63,995 nucleotides of DNA, filler included, from Diploschistes diacapsis (GCA_023645945.1; 5 parts of 5 records of this genome joined end to end with filler, not necessarily neighbours in it), one strand, 5' to 3'. Positions 1 to 13,122 are shown, counted from the first letter of the whole stretch. Numbers and translations are program-made. Notes: generated by a model not told the origin, from the letters alone.

Positions 1-1057
1 GTCCCTTCCCGCGCAAAGTCGTACGGAGGTACAGCCGGGTCGAACCCGCCCACGCCGTCGACCGTGTAGAACGTGCGCTCCCGCCCTGCCGGGCTGCTCT
101 GCTCCAGATACCCGACCGGCAGCTCCCCGAACCTGTCCGGGCTGACCGTCGCCGCGGGGAGCAAGATGCCACTCGCCAGCGCCGGCACGCCGTTCACGAA
201 ATCCCCCGTGTAGCCCGTCAGCACGAGTGCGTCGAAGTCCGTCGGATGCGTGATGGCCATGAGGTTGCCGAGGATGGAGCCGTAGGAGTGGCCGACGTAG
301 ACGAACTTTATGAAGGGGGAGGTGTTGGGCGCGGCGAAGGGGGGCGCGGCGCAGGGCGGAGACGCGCAGGTGAGGGAGTTGGAGTCGATCGCCAGGGAGC
401 CGGACCGGAGAGAGGTCACGAGGGAGTGGATTATGGCGGCCTGGAGGGGCTGTTGCACGGTGCCGATGGGGTCGGGGTGCGAGGAGTTGCCGGAGCCGAG
501 GCTGTCGATAGAGAAGGTCGGGAAGCCGGCCTGGATGCGGAGAATGGGGGGTGAGAATTGTGGGTGAGATGGGGGTGTATGAATGATAATGGAGCTGGAG
601 GTGATGGACGAACCTGTGAGGCGTAGCCGAGCCAGGAGTATTGCTCGCCGTCGTAGCCCTCGGGGTAGGAAAGGCCGTTCCAGTAGTCCTTGTCGTCAGT
701 AATGGCATGGACGAGGAAATTGACGGTCTGGGCGCGGCTCGCGTTGTGGTTGCTGGGCTCACAGTAGCGGGCGCTGATGTCGTAGGTGCCGGATACTTCG
801 GCGCCGAGGAGGCCGCCGAGGAGAGAACCGAGGGCGGAGGTGGCTTGGCTGGTGACGAAGTCCACGAGGACCGTTGGGTCGCTGAGGTCGGTGGGGATGT
901 CGCCTGGCAGCAGGAGTTTGGAAGGAGCGCTAGCTGTAACGGGGACGATAAAGTCGGTGCAGGAGGGCGTTATTTGGCGTCGCTCTGTTGGGAAAGCGAG
1001 ACATTTCCACTCCGAACAAAGCACTGCAAGCGCGAGGGCGAAGATGACACGCGACAT
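1..1057 (-). CDS. Secreted alpha/beta-hydrolase fold protein; 3' end runs off the window; intron about 613-531
   Basis: N-terminal signal peptide (MSRVIFALALAVLCSEWKCLA). GT-AG intron joins YASQ to AGFPTFSIDSLGSGNS. Nucleophile-elbow motif VYVGHSYGS on the minus strand near 275-305. Confidence 0.8.
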
Positions 1058-2559
1058 GTCGAGTAGCTCGGTTCAAGCTTCGGTTAATCTCAGAGACAGC
1101 ACGGGAGAGGAAGTCACCATGGATCGATCGAGTGAGCCACATACCTTTATAGAAGGGAGCAACAGGACCTACCCTTCCTCAACCGCCGTTGCCGTCATTG
1201 GGGTGGATTCGTACAACCTGCCGCTAATGCTATTAAATCGCCCCATGTTTTCAGAAGGGAACTATTGGGTTTCCGCATGTCAACTTCCTGATGGAAATTG
1301 AAGGGCATGCCGTGGTTTGATGCTAATGCCGTCTATCTATCCCCTTTCTCGCTCACAGAGTCCTTCGACCGCGATTGGTACGGTTCTGGGTTCTAAGGCT
1401 AGTTATGTAAAGTGACGAGCAACGAGGAGAAGACGAAAGGTAAATTGAAGTCTCGTCTATAGTGCGCAGCTTTCACTTACGAAGTACCCAAAAGGGGACA
1501 AGTAGCCGAACTGGGACACGCTAAGCCTATTAGATAAATCTTCCGTATAAAAGTGGTTAGCGCCGGTTGGCACGTTGAGCCTGTTTTTGGATTGGCGCAA
1601 ATATCCTGGAACCAACGTCCTAGCCCTAGCAGATCCCCTTCCCTCGGGGTATAGATCGGTATAAACGTGCATTAGTGGTAGAAGCAAAAAAAAAGGCTGT
1701 TGCGTAACCATAATGAGTTATAACTCCCTAGTAGAGGTTAGCGCTTGCGCATCAAATTCCCGTTTTCTGCCTGCGGAAAAACAGCTAACGTCCATTGGGG
1801 TACTTCATAAGTAGACTCTGTGAATGACCGCAAAGGGGCCAGACCCAGCATGATCGACCTCTGTCAACGTGCTTGAGCTGGAAAAAAAGACTCGATACTC
1901 GAACAAGTACTACCAATGGAAAAGCAGTGACTGAAGGCTCGGTATGCCGTGGAAGAGCAGGTATGGAGAGCAAACCAGCATGGAAAGACAACAGCATTAG
2001 CGGACAGACTGGCATGTGAGGAAGTCAAGGGTTTACATGAGTGGGAGGCATATTAATTGTTAGATGGGCTGCTAGTGTTAGTAGCGTACGCCACGTACCA
2101 GTAAAACAATAGTACTCCATTTTACAACTGCTTTTTGGTGTGCATGTCATAGACTTGTAGATTTTGAAGCTATTTTAGGCCCCTATAGTAATATACTTTT
2201 ACTACACTGGCCTCTTGCAGGCCTTATAGACCTCGTAAACCATCGCTGTTGCCCTGATCTGTCAATACACTGTATGCGCTAAGTACGCATGAGATCGGCG
2301 CGTTTGATACGCTTTATAGGCTAGTTGGCGGTTAAATCGATCGGTGACGATGGCGGTGAAGGCGGCCGCGGCGGCGAGGGTGTTCGCAGGTCTACAAACC
2401 CGAGATTGATGGTATTCTCCATAGATGTCCCTGCGCATACAAGAAATTAGTTGTAGCTAGTTTTGCGCTAACAATTAATATGCCCTTTACCTCCGTAAAG
2501 CTTATCACGACCGTGCTTGCTCGGATCGCATAAATCAATTGCGACAACCTGGGCCCCAA

Positions 2560-3420
2560 TTTTTCCCCCCCAGCTGTTGTGACCTGCTTCGTCACCTGCT
2601 GTCGCCATGTACAGGGGTGTTCTTGCCCGCCGGCCCTCTGCCCATTGATGCAGAGGTTCCTTGTGCTATGTAAGTAGAGTTGACTGACCCAGCGATGATC
2701 CTTCTCTGCCCACCATGAGTCACTTCCATCACAGAGTTTCCAGTACCAGTGACAAGGTAGAAATTGCCTTCCTTATCATACGTGAAATCATCGTACCCCT
2801 GGTAAGTCTCGAGCGGCCGAGCAATGACTGATGAGTTGCCTGCTTGCGTGACGTTGGCCTCGATTGGGAATCTTCCAAAACCGTTTTGCCCGCTGTTAGC
2901 AAAGTACAGAAAGTTCTGTCGAACGTGTAGCCCGTTGACGCCGACGGGACCGAATGTCGGATTTGGAGCAGGCGCTAACAGATGATCCGTTGAGGCGACA
3001 TAATAGGCATCCCGTATTACGTTGAATCCGTAGACGGTACCGGTACGTAGATCGCCGACAAGGACTGTGTCGTCGTTGAGCGCGGACATCCCATTGAGGA
3101 AGACACCTCGAGGTATGTCGCCTGCTTTCCAACCCTTTGGAGACGTGCCATCACTTGAATTACAACAGGACGAGTGGGCAAACTCAACGTTCCAGATGGA
3201 ATACGTTCCGGCTTGCGTACCGGTCTGGAGCGAGAAATTGCAGGCTATAACAGCGAAGGCAACATGGTGACTGTGATTTCTGCTGATGCAGCCGATATCC
3301 CTGGAAGATCTCTATTGGAGATTGAGCCGCTTTGTACTTGCATGGCCTTTAATTGAAGCTCATTAACCATCAAGCAGGGCCCATGGTTTGATGACAATGT
3401 TTGCGGATATAATGCTTCTC
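2560..3420 (-). pseudogene. Disrupted six-bladed beta-propeller protein (SMP-30/gluconolactonase-like)
   Basis: Motifs FLNGM, GVNGL, LYFANS, YDDF and TSASMGRG are present. The expected C-terminal LYMATAG is in another frame (extra base in a C run near 2615). The 5' part is degenerate with no clean start or signal peptide. Confidence 0.6.
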
Positions 3421-5101
3421 CTTGTTAAAATGCTAGGTAAATTCCAGTTCCTCAAAGAGCCTCTGTTGGTTCAAATCATAAGCAGCTGGTGCAGCTTAGA
3501 ACCTGAGGCATCGCGTATGGGCGAACGAGCAAGGAAGTCCAGTCAGGCACAGCCTTACCAGTACACTAACTAGTCCAGGACAGGCGACCCGAGTCACGTG
3601 GAAGGTCCGAATTGAATTATGAAACTATTGTACACCGATTTGTGCATAGCACAACTAAAACTTGAGCTGAAATGATCTGCCTGTCTTCCTTTACACACTT
3701 TTATTGTTTATTGGGCCCTCGAGATGAGATGTAGTCCGGCTCGGATACTATTCCTTCAGAAGACTTACAGAAGGAAGTCTATCGGCAACTTCGTGCAATA
3801 TGCCCAGTACAATTGTGTTGCGCTCTTCGTTGAAAGCAAGGAGCAGTTCCCAAAAACCTGTCCTGGCAAACCCCGGCGAAATGCACCAGATGGTAGTGAT
3901 TGTAGTTGCTCTTTCAGCGCACAGAGCAGAAGCGTTTTAGGTGAGATTCCTCCAAGGCCTGCTGCGCAATTGATATGTATGTTGAAAAGTAGTTGCTGGT
4001 CAGTGACCATTTTTTGTATAATGAGTTGTAGCGAAGCTCAGCAGAAACCGATGGTCCACGTTGAATCAATCGAGCCGAGTTAAGTTGGGTGGATTCGTTC
4101 AGGTTCGATATTGACTTGGTGTTGCTTTTGGTTCGTTCGTGGCGCCGTAAGAGTTTGCCGTAACGTGCAGCGGGAGTGTACCGCATACATATACCTATAT
4201 GCATGGCCTCGTTCATGGCCGGGGATGGGAAAACATTGTGTACACAAACAGGTCCGGGTGCCGTGCGTTCGGATGTAGTTCGTGCATGAACTTAAAGTTA
4301 ACGAGCTTAGGAAGTGCAGGGCCTGGTAATATGAAAACACCGCATACACAAGGCAGACTATGCTCCTTATCCTATAAGTGCTTAGAAAGTCAGGGAGGTA
4401 TTCTCGAGAACATGATTCAAAGACCCGCGTTCTTCACGTCGACTACATACGAACTACATACGAAAGCGTTAACGATAGCTGACAATCCTGACATTGTTCG
4501 GTAGGTCATGCTTGAAGAGGCTCCGTATGTGTGTCGACAACAGGACTATTCCGGTAGCCTCGCTATTTGGTCGATTCGTAAGCTCGAAAGCGTTGGGAAG
4601 GATGAGTGGCGGGCCCACTTTAGGAAGGGAGCACCGATTCCCGCGATAGACGTCGGGGGGACATTAGACGCCTTCTCTATATACAGTATAGAATGTGGGT
4701 TGAGGAATGTAAATGGTGGGGGAGGCGCGGATGAATGGAATATCATGACGGAATAGCTGGGCGATATAGTAAACATTGTTAAGAAGGTGAAGCCAATACA
4801 TCCATATCGCGTAACTTATACTCCGCACCTTGGTGTTCATGCAAATGTTACCGCGTCAGCCAAATCAAGACGAGGAATGCGTGCACTTCGAAAGAACTTC
4901 ATCAAAAAACAGTCTTAAAGATACAAAGTAAAGGGCTAGTGAAAGTACAGAAGATAAAAGGGTTAAACAGACTCCCGAAAGTGCCAACAGTACAGTCGTG
5001 ACCCGCCAAAACGCCCTGCTCGATGCTCTAATGATGCCGCCAACTTTTTAAAAAAAAAGGAAAAAGAACCAGTTTTCACAATGGTAATACCACCCAGATG
5101 A

Positions 5102-5950
5102 TCAACGCAGCGGCAACGGAGAGACGCTCCTACTCCGCCCGCTGTCATGCGGCACATTATATCCCTTCCGCCCACTTAGCGCACCCTCGCGGATACCCAG
5201 ACCGAAGACCGGACCAGCATGTGTATGCTCGGCATGGCCCTTCTTCCGCTCTTCGGGCTCGTTGCCGAGCCCGGCACTCAGTATCCGCTCATGCTCGGTA
5301 TTGTATCCCTTCCTGCCCCTGATTCCGCCGTGATGTTGTGAGTCGCTAGGCATGAGGTGCGGCGAGCCGTTGTAACCCTTGCGACCGGAAAGTGCGCCAC
5401 TGGTGCTGGATCTGCGCTCGTAGGAGGCGAGGTAGGCACTTGGATTTCGCGAGGGACTGAGGGACGAAGGATGTGGAGCGGGACCTGGAGCGGGCGACAC
5501 CTCTCTGGATTGCAATGGAGTGGCGTTGTAGCCCTTTCGATCGCTCAAGGATCCCTCGCGGCGTTGGGGAACGTACGTGGCCGGTGAACTGGAACGGGAC
5601 CGCGAGTCGGAGCGAGCGTCAATGCTTGGGTGCTCGGCGTTGTAGCCTTTCCGGCCTGTGAGACCGTCGTGGAAGGAGGGTCCCGTGGCCGGCGAATGCG
5701 AGTGCGAACGTTCGTCGCTGCTCGACTGAGTGGGTGGTGGGCTGTTGTAGCCCTTCCGCCCAAAGAGACCCTCACGGTGGGATGGCAGTGGAGAGGTGGA
5801 TTGACGAGAAGGTGGAGGCGTTATCTCATGGGATGGCAGTGGCGCATTGTATCCCTTCCTTCCAGTCAAGCCGCCTCGATGGGGAGAAGCATCTCGACTT
5901 CGATCAGAGAAGCCGTCTGCGGATAGATTTGGTGAGAGATGATAAGACAT
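5102..5950 (-). CDS. 282-aa Ser/Pro-rich protein with seven (G/E/D)xLxGRKGYN motifs, function unknown
   Basis: Intact ATG-to-TGA ORF. RKGYN is invariant in 7 copies encoded by different synonymous codons, separated by unrelated spacers. Confidence 0.75.
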   Translation of the reverse strand: MSYHLSPNLSADGFSDRSRDASPHRGGLTGRKGYNAPLPSHEITPPPSRQSTSPLPSHREGLFGRKGYNSPPPTQSSSDERSHSHSPATGPSFHDGLTGRKGYNAEHPSIDARSDSRSRSSSPATYVPQRREGSLSDRKGYNATPLQSREVSPAPGPAPHPSSLSPSRNPSAYLASYERRSSTSGALSGRKGYNGSPHLMPSDSQHHGGIRGRKGYNTEHERILSAGLGNEPEERKKGHAEHTHAGPVFGLGIREGALSGRKGYNVPHDSGRSRSVSPLPLR

Positions 5951-7986
5951 TTTTGAGATCCGGTCTATGGATTGTACGGGTAGGTCAGGCTAATTGAGAA
6001 TAGACTTTATGAATGGCTAAGCTCTGAGGTTCAATGGTCGATGTGAAACAATGTGCTCGAGTTGAAGTAGGGATCTGGGATGGAAAGGACTGACAAGCAA
6101 TATATATCCGTATCGATCAGTCGCCGAAGCTCTGCAGGGGAGTTCAGGCTCGTATCCACAATTGGTAGAAAGGTTATTGATTTTCAGAATTCATCTCACC
6201 GTCTCACGTCAAGTTTTTTAGCAGTGGGCCCCAACAGCCACACGGCCATGGCTATGTTAAGGGATTTGCTATTCACACAGCTCGTGAGTCTTGACGAGCG
6301 AAGTTGGCCGATGTCAGGTTGGCCGCAATATGGCACAGCCGGTGGCAGGCATGCTTGGCCGTCCAAAGATGCTGATTCAGGTGCAAGGGGGAGTCCAGTC
6401 ATTGACGGGCATCAAAGCGGATTAGCGCGAGCACACTTGGTGAAGAGAAGCAATTGGAACGGGGAAGACGGAAGGGCCCGTTGAGAGAGGAAGGAAGAGA
6501 GAGGAGAAACAACGGCGAAGGTTGCTGACAGGGAACGAGAAAAGGCTTCTAGAAGGTGCAGCAGGCAGTAGTAGTCAGTAGTTAGTACCTACCCTACTAG
6601 TAAAGGTACGATGCAGTGACTAATATTTTGATATTTTGATATTTTGATTACGAATTTTCGAACAATGAGTTCTAAATAGTGAAGATATAATGCCAGGAAT
6701 AAATTAAAATTAGTTAATTGATTAACCACTAATGGGTGTTAATCTTAGTTATTTGACGATTAATGGCTCCCGTTAATTGAATATAATATTAATCGTTCAA
6801 TAAATAATGAATGGAATGGGTAGTAGGTAGCGAGCAGGTAGCGAGTAGGTTACAGCTAGTCCTAGTATTTGGCTGGGCTATTCCTGGGCTATTCCTGGAT
6901 TCGCTTCAGGCACATCAGCCTCACCCCATCCTTGGAGCATTATTTTTCCTTTTCGCAATACAAGACTAATCTGGCACTTATCTGTATCATAATACTCATA
7001 CTCTTTATGACTTATGTCAAGGGCTTTGTAAGAGACGTGGTACGGTCACCACCGACCTGCATTTGTTTCAAGCTAGAAACTTCGACTGTTGGACGCCGTG
7101 TTTCTATTTGTGTTTGTTATTGCATAATATATATATCGGTTGAAGTGGTTGAGGAAACACAGGCACCATCTTACTGGTCACCACCATGCTGGGTCAACGA
7201 CACGAGGAGTCATCAGCACACGCGCTACTTTCTTATATGCATATTGCGCACATGGCTTTTGCATCAGAGCCACGTTATTGGGGACTCGCTGATTGCAGGA
7301 AGCAAGTCGAGAAGAAGTCGGACTCAAGACCATGCCTGATCAACGGCTGTATTTGTGGAATGCTACATTATTATTGCCTCGGTGTGGCAGCCCTCATGAC
7401 CCTTGCGCAGCTGTCGAGGCTGTACGATTCCATCTCAATTTCCAGGCCTTTAATGATGTGCCGCCAATGGAAAGGCAACTCTTGAATGCTTCGTGAAATA
7501 GGCTGCACTGTAACACCGTTTCAAACGAAAACTGTCATACAAAACTTTTGTGAACTAAAGGCACTAGCAGCACAACTGTATTCACTTCTCTCTCCATACA
7601 GCATTGGCAGGAGAGCCCTGAAGTACTCTGATAACCTAATAAGGCTTCTGCCTGCTCGGGCCGTTTGAGGAGCACTGTAGCTCTCCCAGCGCATCCGAGA
7701 AAAAAAAAACCGCTCATGCCCCCTAGCTCTGTTCCCTGAGTCATGCATCATCTCACCTTGGACCTTTTCAACGGCAACATCATGAGTTTGAAAGGTAGCC
7801 GCTCCGTTCTTATTCCTGTAAGCATGCTCTGCGGATATCACTCAGAGTTACCGACTGACGCGACACTTGTAAGCACCCTGCTCTAAAATCAGGCGTTCCT
7901 ATCGCTTTGTGTCTGACAAAGGAAGAGCGGCTCAAGGGGCGCAGGGGCAGCATGACAGCAGATTGGACTCCATTCACGCTGCTTTC

Positions 7987-9244
7987 TTAGGCATGCAATA
8001 CTTGCTGACTTGGCGCAACTGTTTCTTCTTCATATTCAATCTTCATTTGTGGCACCCTCTTGCGTGGTTTCTGCGGCAGAGCTGCCCTCTTCCTCTTCGC
8101 CGCAAATGTGCTCTCCTTGTTTGTGAAATCTTTCTCATCTGCTGACTCGTCATTACCGCTGGAATTGCTGGCACCATCATCTTCCGCATCGCTTCCTGAA
8201 ACGTCCGATCCAGCCTCATGTGGACTGCCACCGTCAAGCCAGTCCTGGAACTCTTCCATGTCTTCTTCGTCCTCTTCGTCCATGTCCGACACATACTCGA
8301 CCTCGCCTACCCCTTCTTCCTCAAGCTCCTCTCCCTCTTCATCTATGCCATCATCCAAGTCCTCATCTCTTACACCCTCACCCCCTCGTTCAAGGCCCTT
8401 CAACACCTTCTTCCATATTCCTGCCTCGACGTTCAGGGGTCGCTCACCGTAAGCCCCACTCCGTAGACGCTCGATCAGCTCTCGTTCTATTGCTCGCTCG
8501 ACCTTTGCAGCTGCTTCGGCTTTTCGTTCCCTGGTCTCTTCCCTTCTTTTGACTTTGGACGCCAGCTTGGGAACCAATTTCTCTCCTAGTCTCTCCTCTT
8601 CTTTTGCCAATCTCCGTGTCCGAATTGCCACTTGCGTAAGTCTCGTCAGACGCTGCTTACATCTTCAACACTTAGCAGAAGCTCGAAAGATTGAGGATCA
8701 TGGCAAACCTTACTTGTGAATAAGGTACTTTGGCCAGTATACCAATTGCTCGTCAATCTGCGCTAGGGCTTTCTGATAGTTTTGAGAGAGTTTGATTCGT
8801 TCCCAAAGCTTCGACGGAAGGTGTTGCCTTTCAATGGTTTTCATATAGAGAAAAACCCTATCCCCGTCGGCGCGTACCGTCGCATATCTGCTATTGGCCA
8901 ATGGACATGACTGCAGAAAAGCTATTAGCGTGTGCTATCTCCGCACAAAGCGTTCGGGGGCCAACAGTTCTGTTGCAGAGCCCGGTGACCTGGATCCCGT
9001 CAATATGGAGTACTCCATAACTGCCCTCAGTGTCATTACATTAAATTCATTTCTGCAGAAGTTTTGATTCTTGGTTGTTCTAGGATCAAATGAGTATGGT
9101 AGAACCCAGGTCTTAGACAGCCGACTCACTTGAGCTTATACGCACAGAATTGCTGATCTAGAAGCGCCAGTCAACATCTACCAGGAACGGGCGTAGAATC
9201 CCTTGCATACTTATGACCTGCCAGACTATCTCATCTGAAGACAT
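7987..9244 (-). CDS. MAK16: 60S ribosome biogenesis protein Mak16 (multi-exon)
   Basis: [11 protein letters not shown] start, [46 protein letters not shown], acidic tail and KIEYEEE end. Confidence 0.95.
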
Positions 9245-9513
9245 TGTAAAGAAGTTACAAGGAATCCCTGGGCAGGATGATATGATTCTGATGTGCTGAA
9301 CTTTCGTCGTACACACCTTTGAATATCATGAAATTTCGATAAGTTTGGCGGGGAACTTTTCTAGAGAAGTTCCGTGTTCTTGGCGTTCTCGGTAACTTCT
9401 CGCCTGCAAAGAATCTCTGACTGCTAAGACAGGCACAGTTTGATAAGAGAAAGGATTCACACACTCCACGTCTGGTTGGAAACCGAGAATATTCTAAAGG
9501 TTCACAAAAACTC

Positions 9514-11415
9514 ATGCAATATGCCAGAGGGCTTGCACTTCGCTATCGACTCACCAAGTGGGCGTCATCAACTCAGCCAGTTGGCGTACTAGGCGTGTAT
9601 CCAATACATTCAATACCAACGCCATGGCGTTCGTATACTGATGCGTCCACCGGAGGCGTCCGTACATCGCACCGGATTGAATGTGGGCAACGTTTGCAAG
9701 GCAAACTTGAGCAAATAGGTTTTCTACGCCATTCTAGACGCTTGACTCTATTTGCAGAAGCCAGCCCTACCGTATACGCGTTGTCGTCTGCACCAGGCAG
9801 GTCTGCCATAGCGATTGTGAGGTGCTCGGGCTCCCTTTGCCTAGACATCTACAGAGCGATTTGCCCTGGAAAACCATTACCCAAACCAAGGTATGCAACG
9901 GTAAGGTCCCTCTTTGCTCCAAGTTCTGCCACAAATGGAGGTCAGTTATTGGACTCCGAAGCTCTGGTCCTTTACTTTCCCACACCACGAACCGTTACCG
10001 GCGAAGATGTTCTAGAATTTCATGTGCATGGGGGTAATGCTATTGTAAAGGCAGTTTTAGCTGCAATCTACACTGCCATTCCCCAGAAGGACGATGGAGA
10101 TCCCTTAGTTCGGTATGCGGAGCCTGGAGAGTTCACCAGACGGGCTTTCTACAATGATCGACTTGACCTTACTCAGGTGGAAGCACTTGGAGATACTCTT
10201 GCGGCTGAAACGGAGCAGCAGCGCCGATTAGCGGTTCGTGGAATGTCGAACGTACTTCATGAACGATATGAAGCATGGAGACAACTTTTACTTGCTGCAA
10301 GAGGGGAGCTGGAAGCGCTAATTGATTTCTCGGAAGATCAGCATTTTGACGATTCGCCTGCAGAATTTGTCAAATCCATCTCATCGCAAATAGTCACACT
10401 CCAATCCCAGATTTCGACTAGCTTAACAAACGCTGCAAAGGGCGAGCTGCTGCGCAACGGTATCAGGATTGCCTTGCTTGGAGCACCTAATGCTGGAAAG
10501 AGCTCTCTCCTCAACCAGATCGTTGGCCGTGAAGCTGCTATTGTGAGTGCAGAGGCAGGCACAACTCGTGATGTGCTTGAGACCAACGTCGATATTGGAG
10601 GGTTCTTCTGCACGATCAATGACCTTGCTGGCATACGTGCTGTATCTGCACCCGCGAAACCGGTTATTGTTGGAGAGATTGAGCGAGAAGGTATCCGCAG
10701 GGCCAAAGAAAGTGCCCTTGCTGCTGATATCATTGTCACCGTAACCTCTTTTAAAAGAGACACAGCCCACGGTAATGGATACTGCGCTTTTCTGGACCCG
10801 GAGATTGAAGACATCCTAAGGACCCAAATCCAACCGCATCAGAGAGTGCTGCATGTGCTAAACAAGTTGGACCTTCTGGGGCCGGGCAAGTTCCGTGGTT
10901 CCAATTTCTTCACTCAGGGCTTCGAGGGTATTTCTTCCAGCACACAATCTCTCTTTCCTGTATCATGCTTGTTAGCAGAGAAAGAAGTTCTGGGTTCCAC
11001 GAGCGAAAAAAGCGGGTTGCAGTCCTTTCTTACAGGCTTGACGCAGGAGCTGAAAGACTTGACAGCTGCTTCAGCAGTTGCTCCGCCTGACTTGGAACAG
11101 GCAACAGGCTTGTCCCATGGAGCCCAGTTGTTTGATGAATCTCTTGGATCCACAGAGAGGCAGCGTCGTCTACTTGAGCAATGCAGTGCACATCTCTCGC
11201 AGTTTCTCGTTGATGTTGACGACGTCCGAGCCCGAGCTCCTGATTCTTGCAACCAAATTGATGGAGGGGAAGACGACGAATTGGATATAGTACTTGCGGC
11301 AGAAAGACTTCGTGCAGCAGCCGAATGCCTGGCTAAGGTCACTGGAAGAGGTGAAGGAGGAGATGTCGAGGAGGTGCTAGGGATAGTTTTTGAGAAGTTC
11401 TGCGTTGGTAAATAG
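9514..11415 (+). CDS. MSS1: Mitochondrial tRNA modification GTPase (MnmE/TrmE/GTPBP3)
   Basis: YALSSAPGRSAIAIVR, TGEDVLEFHVHGG, AEPGEFTRRAF, G1 GAPNAGKSS, AGTTRD, NKLD and terminal FCVGK. Confidence 0.95.
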   Translation: MQYARGLALRYRLTKWASSTQPVGVLGVYPIHSIPTPWRSYTDASTGGVRTSHRIECGQRLQGKLEQIGFLRHSRRLTLFAEASPTVYALSSAPGRSAIAIVRCSGSLCLDIYRAICPGKPLPKPRYATVRSLFAPSSATNGGQLLDSEALVLYFPTPRTVTGEDVLEFHVHGGNAIVKAVLAAIYTAIPQKDDGDPLVRYAEPGEFTRRAFYNDRLDLTQVEALGDTLAAETEQQRRLAVRGMSNVLHERYEAWRQLLLAARGELEALIDFSEDQHFDDSPAEFVKSISSQIVTLQSQISTSLTNAAKGELLRNGIRIALLGAPNAGKSSLLNQIVGREAAIVSAEAGTTRDVLETNVDIGGFFCTINDLAGIRAVSAPAKPVIVGEIEREGIRRAKESALAADIIVTVTSFKRDTAHGNGYCAFLDPEIEDILRTQIQPHQRVLHVLNKLDLLGPGKFRGSNFFTQGFEGISSSTQSLFPVSCLLAEKEVLGSTSEKSGLQSFLTGLTQELKDLTAASAVAPPDLEQATGLSHGAQLFDESLGSTERQRRLLEQCSAHLSQFLVDVDDVRARAPDSCNQIDGGEDDELDIVLAAERLRAAAECLAKVTGRGEGGDVEEVLGIVFEKFCVGK

Positions 11416-11985
11416 CCCAATGAGAGTAAGTGATGTATCTTTCCCAAAAATATTTGGGAACTGAACGACTGACCATATATGGCAAGATTCCTAATGATGT
11501 GGTCCATCTTTCGTTCTATCTACTTCGAATACATTGTCATCCGCGAAGTATATGCTTCTTCACCACCTCAGACCCGTCGTTGATGGCCGGTAGGCTGTTG
11601 TTTCGGCTACTGTGTCTCCTTCCGTCTGCCTCAGTCATATCTCTGCCACAAAACCCCGGTCTAACAGCTGCGTGACTTATATATGAATTGAAAAAATCAC
11701 CCCTTCTCTAGCGTGGAACTGTCGCGCGTCAAGCACACGTCGGCCAACGTATATAAAAATTACTAGTATAGGATGCTGTGTCCAATTTCTCTTTCATACT
11801 CGTCAACTCTCAAGCTTATTGTCCAGCTGTTAATCCTAGATATCTTGCTCCCTTCGAATTTACTAGCTTCTAAAGTGCCTAGTCTACCTCAATCTCGTTA
11901 CTGTTTCTCCTATCAATCGTGCCAGTTTCAAAAGCACTTTGTCCGACCTGTGCCCCCGTGTCGCTCACTTAAAGCACCAGCCAAA

Positions 11986-13022
11986 ATGGCAGGAGCCACA
12001 GCAAAGCAACTCACCCTACCAGAGCCCCTTGTACAGCTGACAGGCCTGGTACAAGTGCACTTCGTCGCGTTCCTCTGCCTATCCTATAACATTTTCGCGG
12101 CGCCAGCATCGAAGTTTCCGTTGTTCAGAGAGATGTTGCGCGCAGCCGGCCTCCCCGAGCATCGGAACGGTGCAAAAATGGCGCCAGTGACCATTGAGAA
12201 CTACAAGAGCGTGATCGAAGGAGCAGACGGTCCCACGTTCGGGCGCTTCGTGGCCGGGATCTTCCCCGGCCACAAAAAGGCTTTCGAGGCCTATTTTCCC
12301 GCAGTGCACGACGAGCCGCAGAGGCGGTGCGAGAAACCAAAGGTCGTCCTCACGGCGGGCATGCCCACCAGCATCTCCAGCCTTTGCGTGCACTGCAACC
12401 CCCTGGGCCGTAGGCTCAAGCTCGCCGTCCTGGCCTCCTTCCCGCATCCGCCACCTCGGCACCAAATTCTCGCTCCTCGTCGCCCGTACGACAGACCCAA
12501 GCACCCACAACGCTGCCGTCCGTTCCCTCGCCGCATGTTGGGGACGCCACCGTCACGCAACCGCACCAGTTCAGCATGGGATCCGCCTCGCCACGCGCCG
12601 GCCTGCAAGCCGAGCAAACCTCCCACATCCTCCACGGCCGGAACCTAGCCTCCGCCTCCCAACTGCACAAGCGCTGCATCCTGCACACCACCTCGAGCGC
12701 CCAACGCCTCAAACGCGCGCTCTTCGTCCCGACTGACACGCGGCGCACGAATCCCAGCAACCCCGCCTACGGGGCGCTACACAGCAGCCCAGCAGCTTCG
12801 TGCCGCCGCTCTGGCACAACGCGGCGGAGCGCCAGGTGCAGCGGGATGTTGCCGAGTGGAGGAGGACCGGCGCGGCGCTGAAGCGGCTGGCGGAGTGCGT
12901 GGAGGACGCGTGCGAGGAGCTGGCGCGGAAGCTGGTGGATGGCGTGGAGAGGTTGAGGGAGTTGAGGGAGGAGTGTGTGGGGGTTGATATGGAGAGGATG
13001 AGGATGAGGAAGGGGGGAGAGG
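11986..13022 (+). CDS. Hypothetical protein; exon structure or frameshifts unresolved; truncated at contig end
   Basis: ATG in good context (caaaATGG) after a TATA-like site near 11750. GC-rich coding-like composition spread over three overlapping frames, with a coiled-coil-like end. No recognisable family. Confidence 0.35.
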
Positions 13023-13122
13023 NNNNNNNNNNNNNNNNNNNNNNNNNNNNNNNNNNNNNNNNNNNNTTAATTAATTAANNNNNNNNNNNNNNNNNNNNNN
13101 NNNNNNNNNNNNNNNNNNNNNN
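13023..13122. other. Artificial contig linker (N44-TTAATTAATTAA-N44)
   Basis: 100 nt with six-frame stop core, identical to the other three linkers. Confidence 0.99.

Noticed and set aside
6570..6900. AT-rich island with (ATATTTTG)x3 and GTAG-rich flanks
   Set aside because: No convincing TIR or target duplication. It may be a small relic but cannot be classified.
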